A DNA stretch of 64,000 bases from NCBI GenBank assembly GCA_030248215.1, contig JASANG010000641.1, positions 62,001-126,000 on the forward strand. The letters run 5' to 3'. The DNA comes from Enoplolaimus lenunculus (lineage: Eukaryota). This document shows, one piece after another, positions 26,155 through 39,206 of the stretch; the stretch's first letter is position 1; each line of letters begins with the position of its first letter. Below the pieces are notes generated by a model. The model did no database searches. It was not told the origin of the DNA and saw nothing but the letters and a program-made list of their open reading frames with translations. The position numbers were made by a program, and so were the translations under genes.

Positions 26155-29100
26155 ATGCCTGCGCGAAATTCTTGGCTCTTACCAGCGTTGGGTCACCTGG
26201 TTTACCTCGCGCTTATCTCAGTAAACCAAATATCTGCAAACGTCGTTACAAATAGAGCTTTTAGTCAAACCGTTCGGGAACCAATCTGCCCCAGCGGATG
26301 TAAATGCAGTGCAAGTATGATTGAATGCAGTTGTCAAGCGGAACGAAATGGAGACCGCGGAAACTGGACGCTGCCGTCGTTTGTTGGAGTTGATTATATT
26401 GCTGAGGTACGTTCTCTCAATGGACATGCTTGCGATCCCATAATTTTTAGACCGATCGCACGATCTATGGCCAATGTTGCGAGTGGAGCGAGGAACAAGC
26501 CAAATACAATTTTAGTGCTAAACCTTAACACAAACGTCTAACGTATCTATTTATTGCATAAGTGAAATGAATCTTTTCCAATAGCATTCGAACACGTGTA
26601 CGCTAGAACTATAAAGCTTAATACTTGATCACGGGTGCGTTTCGCTAACTGGTGATAAATAGAAAGAATACAGAGGCGTCCGCAGAAAATTAAGTTTGAA
26701 GGGCACCGAATAATTTTGAAGGGCCCACTGCAATTGAAATTCAAGATTGTATACTTTAAGACCGAGTCGGTTTTGAGGCACCAGCAAAATTTGGACGTGG
26801 GGGCACGGCCACCAGCGCCCCCCGTGATAACGTCCTTTCAAGGTTGCATCCATGACGGTTTAGGACTCAACACCCGTTTCTTCTTTTAACTTTTGATCTG
26901 GTATTTGATTAACTTTTGTAGTTCGTAAACGCAAGATCTTCCGAATTCGAGATATTTATACAACGAAACTTGTGTGATTCAAAGATCTTGGCTATACAAG
27001 ACAAGGGGCTATAGCTATGTAAACTAAAGCCAAACGGTGTTAATTTTTCAGGTGTACATTCATTCATGCAATCGACTAATCATACCGAAAGATACGTTCA
27101 CCGGCCTTGTAGTCTCAATGGATTTAGTCATCTACGATATTGCTCGACTTGAAATTGAACCGTTTGCGTTCAGAGGTCTCAAACGGTATCCGAACAAAAT
27201 TGTTATTAAACAGTGTCGAGCGGATGCATTGGACAGTAATGCGTTTGGTGGCGGAGTTGCTGGAGTGGATCATTTTTGGTTTAAAGACGTCCACATTGGC
27301 ACAATTCGAGCAAACGCGTTTGCGGGTATGAACACGGTAGGTTGTGTTCTCTTCGTATATCAGTCTCGGACAGAGAGGATCGAGGGGGGGTATCTTCGTA
27401 TATCAATCTCGGACACAGAGGATCCAGGTGGTTGAGCCCCCTAGAAAATTTTAGTTTCCCATAGCTAAGTTTTAGGCCCACGTTTAAATCTTGTCGTAAA
27501 ATGCTTCATTGTAAGATTGTTTTGGACTCCGTTGTATCTTAAGCTGGCTACGGACGGGTCTGATTAAGCGTGGGTGATACATGGGTTTCTTTTACACTTA
27601 CCCCACATTCAGAAGCGAGTCGTTAGCAAACCGTGCCATGAGACCGATTCAAGTATGGATTAAAAGTATATTTCTGCATTGACTCGTTTACGTGCGGGCC
27701 CGAAGGCTGCCGCTTACTGTCCTTGGCCTGAAGGCCGCCGGTTACTGGCCTTGGCCTGAAGGCCGCCGGTTACTGGCCTTGGCCTGAAGGCCGCCGGTTA
27801 CTGGCCTTGGCCTGAAGGCCGCCGGTTACTGGCCTTGGCCTGAAGGCCGCCGGTTACTGGCCTTGGCCTGAAGGCCGCCGGTTACTGGCCTTGGCCTGAA
27901 GGCCGCCGGTTACTGGCCTTGGCCTGAAGGCCGCCGGTTACTGGCCTTGGCCTGAAGGCCGCCGGTTACTGGCCTTGGCCTGAAGGCCGCCGGTTACTGG
28001 CCTTAATTATGGTCCGCTCCTACGCACATTTAAGATTAAGGTTAAAACCTCGGCTTAGGCAAAGGCTTTTGCAAAAGTTTACGCATAGGTTATCCTGTTT
28101 TCCTGAATCTAAGCTACGGCCTAAGCCTACCTGGGAACGTATTGAAAAGTGTAAGCGCACTGGCCGTAACATGATCGCAACATGAGAGACGAGAAGCAAT
28201 TTCAAACTTCATCACCTACTCTACGCCGTGTTTATTGATCATGAATATACCGAAATTTATTCCAACTTCAACTTACGATATTTATAATTTGCTAATTAAA
28301 TATTTTGTAGCATCGTTTTAAAATTAGAGTTTATTCAGCATTGAATATTGTTTCAGATTGAATACTTTTATTTTCGTGAGTCACAAATTGGACGAATTGA
28401 GTCTGGCGCATTTGGTGCGTTACGAAATGTTCGACACTTTTTTCTACGAGGTTCAATGACTGTTGACCTGATTGATCGGTCAATATTTCTTGGGTCGCAT
28501 ATTAGAGATGTTATCATTGAGGGCACCGAAATCAAGACCATGGATCCAACCGCGGTGTCCGGATTCGGCAGTATTCATCGACTGCAGCTTATTAACGTTA
28601 AAATACCACAAGCAGTTGTAACGTCCCCTTCAAGAGGTTCTATATCTGACGTACACACCTCACAACCCGTTAACAGCTTAATCCTCAATGCTGAAGATAG
28701 GCAAAATGTCGCGCGGCACGGCGATGACGTCATACTGCGTGCAAGAAGCACACGTGGCAGTAACGGCAAACAGTCGATGCATCATCGGAAAAGTATGGTC
28801 AGCATTCAAGATTGCAGTTTTGGATCTTTCGCGTTTGCGCCTTTTTCGTACGCCACCGAATTGAAACTTGAGCGAACGACGATTGCAAAAGTTGTTCATA
28901 CTGGTGCTACACCTGAATCAAGCCGTGGTGCTACTGATGGATCATTAAATAAAACTTTAAAAATGTCCAAATCTTCAACTCGGGGGCTACATGAGCCAGT
29001 GTTTGTCTCAACATCCCACATCGGGTCTCCTTCGGCAATTTGGACTGGTTCGTTGCGTCGAGTCGATTTAGTCAAAATGAGCGAGTGTAAAATTGGCGAA

Positions 29101-32100
29101 ATTGCTCCGGATGCAATGCGTGGAATGCAATTTATACGACAATTTGTTATTGATCGAACGCAAATTAAACGAATCGGAAGATCAGCGTTTGCCGACGGTC
29201 AAAATATTAGTCATTTTATTGTGTTGAGGTACAGCGAGCCGGTGAATATTTGCATACCTCCTCAATTGTGTTGACCAAAAAATAAAACATTTTTGAAACT
29301 TTTGTATACACTTCAATATCGGTTTTCCGTTTCCGTTATTTTTACTATTCGTTTGCACCCTGGTTTTTGGCAAACTTTTTTTCAAATAGAAAAGAGCGGC
29401 CAGTAGACATTTATTATTATTATACGAATTAAAACATAGAAAGAAAATGTTTATGAAAAATCTGTAGGATTACTGTTTTACAAATTACTAGAGTTGCCTT
29501 TTGCTGCGCCTTTTTTCCCAAGTAGGTTTCCGCTTATGGGGCAATGTTACTTTTAGTGGCGTTAACATTAGCTAACGAAACGTGAACCGCTGGGCTATCA
29601 AGTTTTGCAGACATATTGGTTTCTTACATTGAATGTTTAAAAAATTTCAACCCCTCTACCAGGGTGGCGCCGAATCCGCGATTTGCCCGAAAGCCATTTC
29701 ATTGTTAGTAGTCCGAATCCGAATTCTAATCCGTGCCTTGCATTTTGCATATTTTCGATATATCGATAATTTGTTTCAGTATAGCACGCTGGTACATTGC
29801 TTTTTGACCTGCTAAGATAATAGTACTTATTGCTTCAGAAAATTTACTTTTTCATAATTGGCAATTATTTCGTGTCAAACCGCAGTAAATAACCCAACAG
29901 AAAACACAACAACAATATTTCCCCCACCTTTTCCCCTCCCTTTACTTTTTCATAATTGGCAATTATTTCGTGTCAAACCGCAGTTATAAGATTTGTAACC
30001 TGCAACAGAAATATCGACTTTTATAACAACTTATTTAAAATTTTTTGTTAATTTTTGCCGCATCCGAACTTTTTGTTGCCGCTCTGACTTGCACTATTGT
30101 TTTTACAATTATTAGTATCCTGCCAGAGGCGATTAGTTTGTTCATAATTTTCTAATTTTTTAAAATTTTAGAAAGTATCATAAAACCGGTTTAAACATAT
30201 ATTAACTTCGCCAAACAAATTTCTCGTTTTGCGTTATGATTTTAACAAAATTAAACTATCATTCGTAACTTGACATAATAGAAGTGAAATGAAATATAAA
30301 ACATCCATGCAAAAAAGCGTAAAATTAATACTAAAACTGACAATTTATATTTTCAGATCAACGCTTGGTACAATTGGTCCAAATGCTTTCGCAGATGCGC
30401 GTCTTGATTCGTTAATTATCGACGGTTCAACCGTTGACTCAATCGATTCTGATTCGTTCGCATTTGCAGTGATGAATTATTTTAAAATTATAACATCAAC
30501 AATTGGTGTTATACAGCGGCACGCGTTTGTCGGCATCGAATCCCGTCGCTTTGTGCTGTCCCAAAGTGTTATTACTTCGCTGAAGGCAGGAGCGCTAAAC
30601 GGAGCTCGATTCGGGTCTGTTTCGTTGGTCCGAAATCAATTTTCCGACCTACAACTTATCCAGAAAGGATTTTCCCCGATTTCAGCTAAGAACACAAGCC
30701 CTCTATCGGGATTTTCGGCACTGAAAGGCTTTGAGCTTCGCGATAACGTATTCGAGTGTGACTGCGCGTCACAGTTTTATACTGACGAGCTACTGACGCT
30801 TGAACACGAGACTTCTCGCAACCGGCGTGCGAACGCAGACAAGTCTTCTCAGCAATTTGCAGACGATCCAGATATCTTACGCACCAGACACGGTGTATTT
30901 GCCGCATCTGGCAATCAGTGTACGGCGACAAAGTTGCGCCTGGGTGGCGCAAATGTAACCGTTTCAATTTCGGATTTTGGGTCGCGATGTATTGGCGATT
31001 CGTCTTCTTCGAACGAAAACATCCGCTACGACCAGCGTCGGAGTAAAAAGAAGTTGCTGAACGATCAAGCTGGTGCTAGACATCAACAACACAGAGCCCT
31101 TCCGCAAAAAGCTCGACATATTTCAGGATCGGCGTATGGAACTGATTTGACAAGCTATAGTGGTGGGACCACCAGTAGTAGGGGTACGCTAAAGTGTTCC
31201 AGTGTTGTGGTGCTTACTGATTGCGAATGTGGTGACGGCCGGCCTATTGTTATTGGTAAGTCGTTGTTTAACTTGAAAAATGCAATCCCAACTTCAAATA
31301 AATTACAAAGAATACGATGTTTTTGAGGGAAGTGTTTGAAATACGTTGTTGGCATTTACGTTGATGGTATGTGTTTGGACTTGGACGCCAGAATTGTCGA
31401 ACGGCGCCGCAAACCAGTTTATAAATAAATATGCAGCTAATATAGCTCCAACCTTACAATGCTATTTAATTAGGCAAAAATGACGCTGAAATTTACTACT
31501 CTGTAAAAACTTAAATTTAATTTATAGCTTAACTAAACTTGAGCGTTAGTTTTAGTAAAACTTAAATGGCTAGACGGACTAACTGAACTAGAATTTTAAG
31601 TTTTACTTAAACTAACATGTTTTAAGTTTAACACGAGTTTAAGTAAATTTATTTTTAGTTAAAGTAACAAGTGCAGCCCGGAAATTACGTGTATCTAAGA
31701 GTTCGTTAGACCAAAGCAGAAAAATGATCTAAACTGAGCAAATATGTAACAGACACTCAGACATTCAGCATAATCTTTTGTAAATTCAGAGAAAAGATTA
31801 ACGAGTATGTCAATGAAGAAAAAGCTTCGGAGTAACTCAGTTCTGCCGAAAAACTAATATGAATAAGGGTGTTGTGTGCAACTGAGGTGAATAAAAATAA
31901 CTCACAGACCGTAACCGAATAACAGAAAGATATCCTCTGTGGACGAAAAATAAATATCAGTACTCACTCTTATTCGGCTCACTACAATGCTATAATTCAT
32001 CTCTATTGTGTACGTTCCAAATTTTGACAAATTTTTGGCAACTGGTAAGCGTACCTTTATAGGCTTAGGTTTAGCCTAATGCTTAGTACGCAAGTCCTCA

Positions 32101-33178
32101 TAGTTTACATGGGGCTAGTGAATAAATTTGTTTTGCAGGTCCAAGTCCAACAGAAACCCAAATCCCGAATAATGTTCCAACGCTACGAATATCAAACTGT
32201 GATTCGGTTACACTTCGCGCGGGTGCATTTTCAAATAGCAAAGTAACCGATTTACGCTTGATCAATAACAGGCGAATCGAAATTCAACAAGGAGCTTTTG
32301 AACATGGTGCCGCACTGCGCCAGTTGCTAATTCAAGACAGCGTTGTTGCGTCGTTAGTTCCTGGGTCGCTTAGTTTTTCTGAACGCATATTTACGCTCAA
32401 ACTTGAAACGTCCAGTATTTCGGCGATACCCACTGACGTATTCGGAGGTTCGGCCGTAGGGTCTCAGCCGAGCGTCGGCAGCCAACAGCAAGTTCCGTCT
32501 CAATATTTTGGTTTGGTTCATTTAGATAATTGTAAAATTGGCGCAATAGATTCAAATTCAACACGGCCTCAGCTTATTTCAATTGCAAATTATACTATTT
32601 CAAACTGCCATATTGGTCAGTTAAGCGCAGATGCGTTTGGCCGCTACCCTATTAGCTCATCTCAGCCGTCAGGCCAGTCCACCGTACGCCTTGTTGACAA
32701 TACCGTTTCCCATCTCGAACCGTGGCTTTTCAACCCAATTGTGCAATCACAAAGCGCCACATCGGCGTTTCAAAGTCAGTCATCAGCAATCGGCAAATCA
32801 AAATTGTCGATTTCGAATGACGTCACCAATTCAAACGCTCATTGGACACAGTTTGTACAGTTTGCTGGTAATGCAATAAGTTGTCGGTGCGCCCTCGATG
32901 CACTACGAAGTCTACCTCGCCCGTTTCGTGACACAAACGATTGTCGGCCGTCGCCGTTATTTGGCCGCGCCCGAGTTCCGATTTCGATTGCATTGAATAA
33001 ATTTGAAACTGCTCAGGCGCCAGCGTTACAATGCGATACGCTTTTGAGCCAAGGTTCCTCAAATCCTATTTTATCTGTTAATGACTCAGCTAGTCATGGG
33101 CTAACCAATCGAATAACATGTCTTCCGATGATCGCGATAATAGCGGTTTGGATCATGGTATTTTCTGCGATTTTATAA
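26155..33178 (+). CDS. Extracellular leucine-rich-repeat protein, about 1115 aa, with signal peptide and C-terminal hydrophobic tail (GPI signal or tail-less TM); exons 26155-26406, 27052-27336, 28357-29228, 30357-31255, 32139-33178
   Basis: All four introns are GT-AG and phase-consistent (3348 nt coding). Hydrophobic N-terminus (MPARNSWLLPALGHLVYLALISV), LRRNT (CPSGCKCS..IECSC), many IxxIxxxAFxG repeats, two LRRCT-like motifs (NVFECDC, NAISCRC), and a terminal hydrophobic stretch (LPMIAIIAVWIMVFSAIL*). Confidence 0.9.
27721..28000. repeat. Perfect GC-rich minisatellite, 10 x 28 bp (CCTTGGCCTGAAGGCCGCCGGTTACTGG), in intron 2 of the LRR gene
   Basis: Ten identical head-to-tail units with no spacers, preceded by one degenerate partial unit at about 27699-27720. 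Confidence 0.97.
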
Positions 33179-35888
33179 CGGGAAATAAATCAAGATTAGC
33201 TTAGCAGATCTTCTAAAAGTATGAAAAATTTCAACATGGTGTTGTCTACTGGGTTTAACCTAAAATGTCAACCAAACCAACGAAAACGTTTGTTCGAACG
33301 TACCGTGCAGATATTCGGTTTGTTATTTTCGAAAAGGCACTGTTCGGCTTGTCACATTTTTGCTTCAGTGTTGATTGGCTACTGTGACCCTTGCATACAG
33401 CTCATGTTTGCTAAAAAGTAGGATAAACGAATTTGCTTGTAGCGATAATAAAACGTAGAGGCGGCGAAAAGTTCTTAAAGAAAAATAGTATCACATCGCT
33501 ATGCGAATAAGACCGTGTGGGCACAACCGAAACGAACTAAAATGTTTACAAGAACGCACTGCAGAGATGGCACCTGGGTCCTATTTGAACTTTGGTTTAG
33601 CGATTTTAACGTATTTGGTTGCGGTATCTTCCGGATAACATTGGTCGCGCGACAAAAGTCTGGATCTGCCTCTGAGACATCTTGCTTCTCAAGGTCTGCA
33701 CCGATTACAGAATGTTCCTTCTTAGAGCTTTATAACCCGATATTGTTCTATTTGATGATATATTAATAAGTTGTTTTGCCTTTGCGACGCTAAAAAGAGT
33801 GGCGTAACTTGAATTGCTATCATAAGCCCTGTTCACATTAGCAAGTTTTGAGAGTAATCTAAATACAACCATGCGGCTGGAAACTATGTTCACACGCCTG
33901 AAACACGTAAAAAGCGAACTCATTATTCTCAGATTCGTCAAAGAACACATAATTTCCCTTAGTCTCAGCCTGTTGGTTTGTTTGTTTGTTTGATTGTTTG
34001 TTTGTTTGTTTGTTTGTTTGTTTGTTTACGATCGAAATGCCGGTTTACCTATGTATTTCATGTGTGCCATCTGGTCACGTTATTTTTTGTATTTGATTTG
34101 CATACTGATATGCTTTGCTATTTTGGTTAATATTTTAATTCAGTCGTGTAGTCAGAATTTTCATCTGAGGGGTCTAGACAACCGAGAGCTACAGTAAATG
34201 TTGAGTTTTAATGCAATTTTGAAACCGAAGCGACCGGGAAGCGTGTTAATATTAAAATTAATTGAAAATATTAAGTTTTATGCCGGTCCAAAACGATGAT
34301 TTGACCGCTATTATGCAGAACACGTCTTTATCGAAGCGGCAATCAAAAACTAAGTTATTGTCAACATTTAAAGATTTTTTACACGCGATTTTAACCACAC
34401 GATTCTGTGTCAAATCCGGATCCGGCAAACTTTTGTCTGCATCCGGCAACTGTATTTTCTCCTTGTTTCATCTAAGTACCTCGTTTGAATATATATACAG
34501 TAATTTCAAAAGAATAGAACTCTTATCACCAGCTAAACCATATGAGATTGAAGTACATTTATATACGGAGAACCTCGGTTTTAGGATGACGCTATACTTT
34601 TGATGACATGCGGCGCTGTTCGTCACCGTACGGTGCCGTTTGGAGCCGTACCACAACCCACGTTCATTTACCGTATGCAACGGCATATTCATTTGTGAAC
34701 AAAAATTTTTTGACGTCCGGCGCCGCACGCCAAGTATAGCGCCAACAGCCTTGAAAAATATACGCTTACAAAATGTTGATTATGTTCTTGTGTTAAACAT
34801 TTTACTCGTTTTACTACTTTTAAATAAATTTGTTTGCAAATGAGAGACATGTCACTGTGCGACCAACTGAAGAGCGTATGATGCCATTGAAAACTTCAGC
34901 ATTTGAAGGTTTCAACCTCATAAGCTCAAGCGTACCCCTAGAATTTAAAGCCAGTTATGCCAAAATTTGAAAAATTCAGAGAATCAGAAGGAGCGGTACG
35001 AGACACGAAGATTCATGTTTTTATGTAACTAAACGTGGAAATGGTTTTTGTATAAAAATTCTCATCATTCGATTTTCGTTAGCAGATAGAACGATAGTTT
35101 CACAGACGGGCCATTGAACCCATTTCACGATGTCATATGGGTCATATAAAAATCAGGGGCGGAACGTTTTTCTGCGAGACTGCAATAATATATTAAGCTT
35201 AGGCTAAAGACTATTTATTGCTTAGGCTTAGGTATAAGCTCATTGTTAGACTTAGATTTAGGAATATGCGAAATGCTTATACTACTGTTACAGTCGTATT
35301 CTATACATTAGTCCATGTTTTCAATAAAACTTCTGTAGCGGTAAATATCATTCGAACTTTTTCTATATTTATTCATTAAAATATATAAAAATAGCTTATA
35401 ACAGAGGTTGAACTTTGAATATTTGCACACGCATGTATATAGCTGCAGCTGTTCATGGAACAGGTATGTAGCGAGCTCAATATGCTGGGGGTGACTAAAA
35501 ATTATCTTAGATGGGCATGCATGCAAGGGCCAATGTTACTTTTACGGCCGTAACAGCAGTTTACGGAGCATGCCTAAGCCTAAGCGTTGCAAAAGCGTAT
35601 TCCTAAGCCTAAGCAAAAATGTAATCTAGAATCTAAAATCTACTCTTTTATAGATCCACCAGAAACCGGAACGGTCCTAAAAGTAACATTGGCCCATGCA
35701 AGGATAGGCTGTGTCATCTTTGTTTACAAATATACAGGGCCAATTTTGGAACCCTCCTTACTAATCACTCGCTCTACATATTGTGCAAGGCGAACGAACC
35801 TAACTTTAATCTAAGCCTAGGAATTGCCCTTCACAAATATGGTGAAAAGATGAAAATTGTCAGACACAAAAAACAAGACAGTCGCTTT

Positions 35889-37943
35889 TCAATGAACCTG
35901 TTCAATAGCGTCTTTTAAAAATTTACCCTTAGTTTCTTCCTGAAAATACCATCCAACGACAAAACTAACCACAACCATGACAAGCGCTATACTAGACCCA
36001 ACGAAAGGTTTCGTGACACTTGATTGGCTAAAAAATATCGCAGCCATGACCCCAGCGAAGAGTTCTTCTGTTGCAAGTACAATACCAGCAGCTGATCCAC
36101 GTAAAATGGTCGGAAAAAACTCGACGGTGATTTGCAGAGTACTGAAACGAAGTGAACCAATATTCAACGCTTGACCAATCAAGATTGCCACAGCAATATG
36201 GTGGTGAGTGTTGCCGGCATCGGATTGGTTAACTGCGATGAACGCTATCAGGCAAGAACCAATGAAAAACAAGGAACTCAAATACATTGCACGCCGGCCG
36301 TATTTTGCACAGCGGCGGCTGATAATAATATTCCAAGCAAGAACCAATAAAATTGCAGGACCACAAATCGCTGTGATAACAAATGGATTAATATCCAATG
36401 ATGTAAGACGAAAGTAAAACGTTTCCAGTACAAATACAGATGTTATAATAGAAAGGCATTCCACGGCTATGACACGTATCATTGGCCGAGTTGAAAATAT
36501 ATGAATCATCCAAGGATTTTGTGTTCGAGCGAACGATTTCAGTTTAATTTCAGCTGATTTCCAATCGAGTCCGGAAATCCACGGCAGCCAAACTGAATGC
36601 GTCCGAGGCACAGGGGCTCGGTTGAGTTCACGAATCTCTTCGCCAATAATTACCACTCGTTTGTTGTTCCAAATTTCACCGCCTATACGTGTCAAAATCG
36701 TTGCGGCATGCTCGAATTCGCGTTTTTGAATTAACCAGCGTGGTGACTCGTACAGTATCATCCAGCCAATCAGTACTGGAGCAGCAAAAAAATTAGTCAT
36801 CACCAAGTATAGTCGCCATTCTGCCGTCAAATATGCAATCACTGACGCGACGCACATTGCGAAACTATACTGGTGGCATGCATTTGCAATTAGACGATGC
36901 TTTGAATCAGTTCCTTCGGCGACCAAACACCAAACAATGACTTCAGCTTGCGCTTGAAACAGGAACGTAATTGCACGCCAGATCAAAAATGCCGCAGGAC
37001 TCATTGCAGAAACGGACAAAACGCTCGAAAGACACAGTGAAATCATGACAACGAGCAAATATTTCGTTCGGCCATAGGTGTCACTTAAGTAACCACCAAG
37101 GAGTGATCCGATAAATCCGGCCGCAGCTCGAGCTAAATGAATATACAACAAATAGTATTCTTGTTCACAACTTAGTCGCCATTCTTGCCGAATTGAAACA
37201 AACACTCCATCAACGTGTGTACCTTTTGACGTATCCTTAATATCAGCGGTTTGAGCTGTTTTTGCTTGTATCGCACTTGGGTCACATTTATCCCAAACAG
37301 CACACAACGCTAACGATCCATTTTCGCGAAGAGTTACATTTTCGGCCGGACAATGCCAATTAGGTTCAATCAGAGAATAAAATGGTAACAAAGCGTTGCC
37401 GCACCATAGAATTGTAGAATACGCAATCATAATTAAAAAGTAGATTTGATACGCACCAAATTCACCTACGGCACGCATAACTTCGGCGTAAACGTGATAA
37501 ATATTTAAATTTTCATCGTCTTTAAGTCCTACATCGGCCGGACAGTACGGACAGCGTGGCTTTGTGCGACTTGAATTCGGATTAAAATAGTTCGAGATTG
37601 ACGCAACGCTGCGTTTTGAAGTGACACTTTCTGATCGATGAATACTTTGAGGTTGGAATGACGGAGGATGTAAGTAGGTCATTGTAGGTGTTTGGGGTGC
37701 TCCGTGGGTCTCAGGGGCTATTCGGTTCTGAGCACCCCAGTGGCCGAGAGTGTATGGTTGAGGGTAAGGTTGCCGCCCGGACTGTGGGTCATGACCGTGA
37801 TGCAAATTTTGAAGCATTGGTAATGCGCTAGTGCTGAAGCTTCGTGATGGCATTTTGGGCTGAATTGTTGGTGGACGTGGGTATGGGCTGGTGTAATGAG
37901 GCACTTGAAGGGGCGTTATTGGCGATATACGGTTTCGTAACAT
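35889..37943 (-). CDS. MFS transporter, SLC22/organic cation transporter-like, 684 aa, single coding exon
   Basis: Uninterrupted ORF with the SLC22 N-terminal signature (VGEFGAYQ), a Cys-containing first loop with an N-glycosylation site (ENVT), motif A (GGYLSDTYGR), ESPRWL, a second YGRR, EFFPTILRG, C-terminal ETKGK and about 12 hydrophobic segments. Confidence 0.92.
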   Translation of the reverse strand: MLRNRISPITPLQVPHYTSPYPRPPTIQPKMPSRSFSTSALPMLQNLHHGHDPQSGRQPYPQPYTLGHWGAQNRIAPETHGAPQTPTMTYLHPPSFQPQSIHRSESVTSKRSVASISNYFNPNSSRTKPRCPYCPADVGLKDDENLNIYHVYAEVMRAVGEFGAYQIYFLIMIAYSTILWCGNALLPFYSLIEPNWHCPAENVTLRENGSLALCAVWDKCDPSAIQAKTAQTADIKDTSKGTHVDGVFVSIRQEWRLSCEQEYYLLYIHLARAAAGFIGSLLGGYLSDTYGRTKYLLVVMISLCLSSVLSVSAMSPAAFLIWRAITFLFQAQAEVIVWCLVAEGTDSKHRLIANACHQYSFAMCVASVIAYLTAEWRLYLVMTNFFAAPVLIGWMILYESPRWLIQKREFEHAATILTRIGGEIWNNKRVVIIGEEIRELNRAPVPRTHSVWLPWISGLDWKSAEIKLKSFARTQNPWMIHIFSTRPMIRVIAVECLSIITSVFVLETFYFRLTSLDINPFVITAICGPAILLVLAWNIIISRRCAKYGRRAMYLSSLFFIGSCLIAFIAVNQSDAGNTHHHIAVAILIGQALNIGSLRFSTLQITVEFFPTILRGSAAGIVLATEELFAGVMAAIFFSQSSVTKPFVGSSIALVMVVVSFVVGWYFQEETKGKFLKDAIEQVH

Positions 37944-39206
37944 AATTCGATTGGAATAGCAGTATATTTTCGATATTAGAGAGTTATTAACTTTATTCAG
38001 TTAAATGTATACGTATTTCCGTCATACATGGGCGTAGCTACGGGAGGGGCAAAGGTGGCCATACCCCCGATGGTTTTGGAGGTATTTCATTTCTTAATAA
38101 ATTGAAACTATGATCTGTGCATCTCATTCCCACACACTAGTTGTTAGTGGTTTTCTATTCTGAACCGATATTGTTTTTAGTGGCATATGTACCAAAATTT
38201 AGTTTCGCACTCGTATAGTGTAGTGACTGTTTTTCGTACAACTAACTCCCTATTTAAAGTATTTGTTTGCCCCTCCACCAAACGGAAATACTGGCTGCGC
38301 CCATGCCATCAAACAAGCCACTTGTTTGAAAGTAGAATTTTAATAAAACGTGCTTACGTATTGGTTAAATATATTCGGTGTTTATTTTAAACTATATTTG
38401 GTGTTGATTTCAAACATTTTCAAACTATATATTGAAATTTTTGTCGTATGATTGATAAACTAAAAGCAAGGTACGAAATTATAATGTTAGAACGATAAAA
38501 TTTAAAAGTATTATATGTATATACATACACAGTATAATAATTTTGCTTTAATATCACGAAGTTAAAAGTTGAACGGGAAACGTATTGAAAAATAACCACC
38601 GCATAGCAAGTCTTTCGCCTTAAACTGTAATTAAGTTATTTAAACCAAAGTGTTAATATGAAGAAAACAACATATATTGTTTACTAAAACTACAAACAGT
38701 GCAATTGCAAATTTTTTTTAATGCGCTGAAATTTTGCGACGTGCAAAGGTATTTATTTTTGTTAAGACTACACATAAAAAACATTTGATACAAACCATCA
38801 GTTTGTGAGTTTAGCAAGTATCTGCAACCAAATGTGAAAAATATCCGAGCCCGAACCAATATCCGACGCTGACTTATGTGACGAAGTCGATGTTCGGCTC
38901 ACGCGTGGCAGGTTAAATAATATTGAAACCCTTTCATCAAACACACCATTAAAACTACGCACAAAAATGGTGTACGGGCCTAAATTTTGGAATGACAACT
39001 AGACCACAAGTTAATTACAAGAATAATTCAAAAATAGCAAAACTATGAAAGCAAATAGCTTATGGTTTCTTAATGGTTTGGTAAAATGTAAACTATTTTA
39101 AGAACATTCAAAGAAACTAATACGTAGCTAGTTACAGTGGCAATATAAACAAACGATGTTGTGACGCCCATGTGTTGTATTAATTTGGGATAAGTTGGCT
39201 TGGACA

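Noticed and set aside
27721..28000. CRISPR array (28-bp partly palindromic repeat)
   Set aside because: Units are contiguous with no spacers, there are no cas genes, and the context is a eukaryotic intron.
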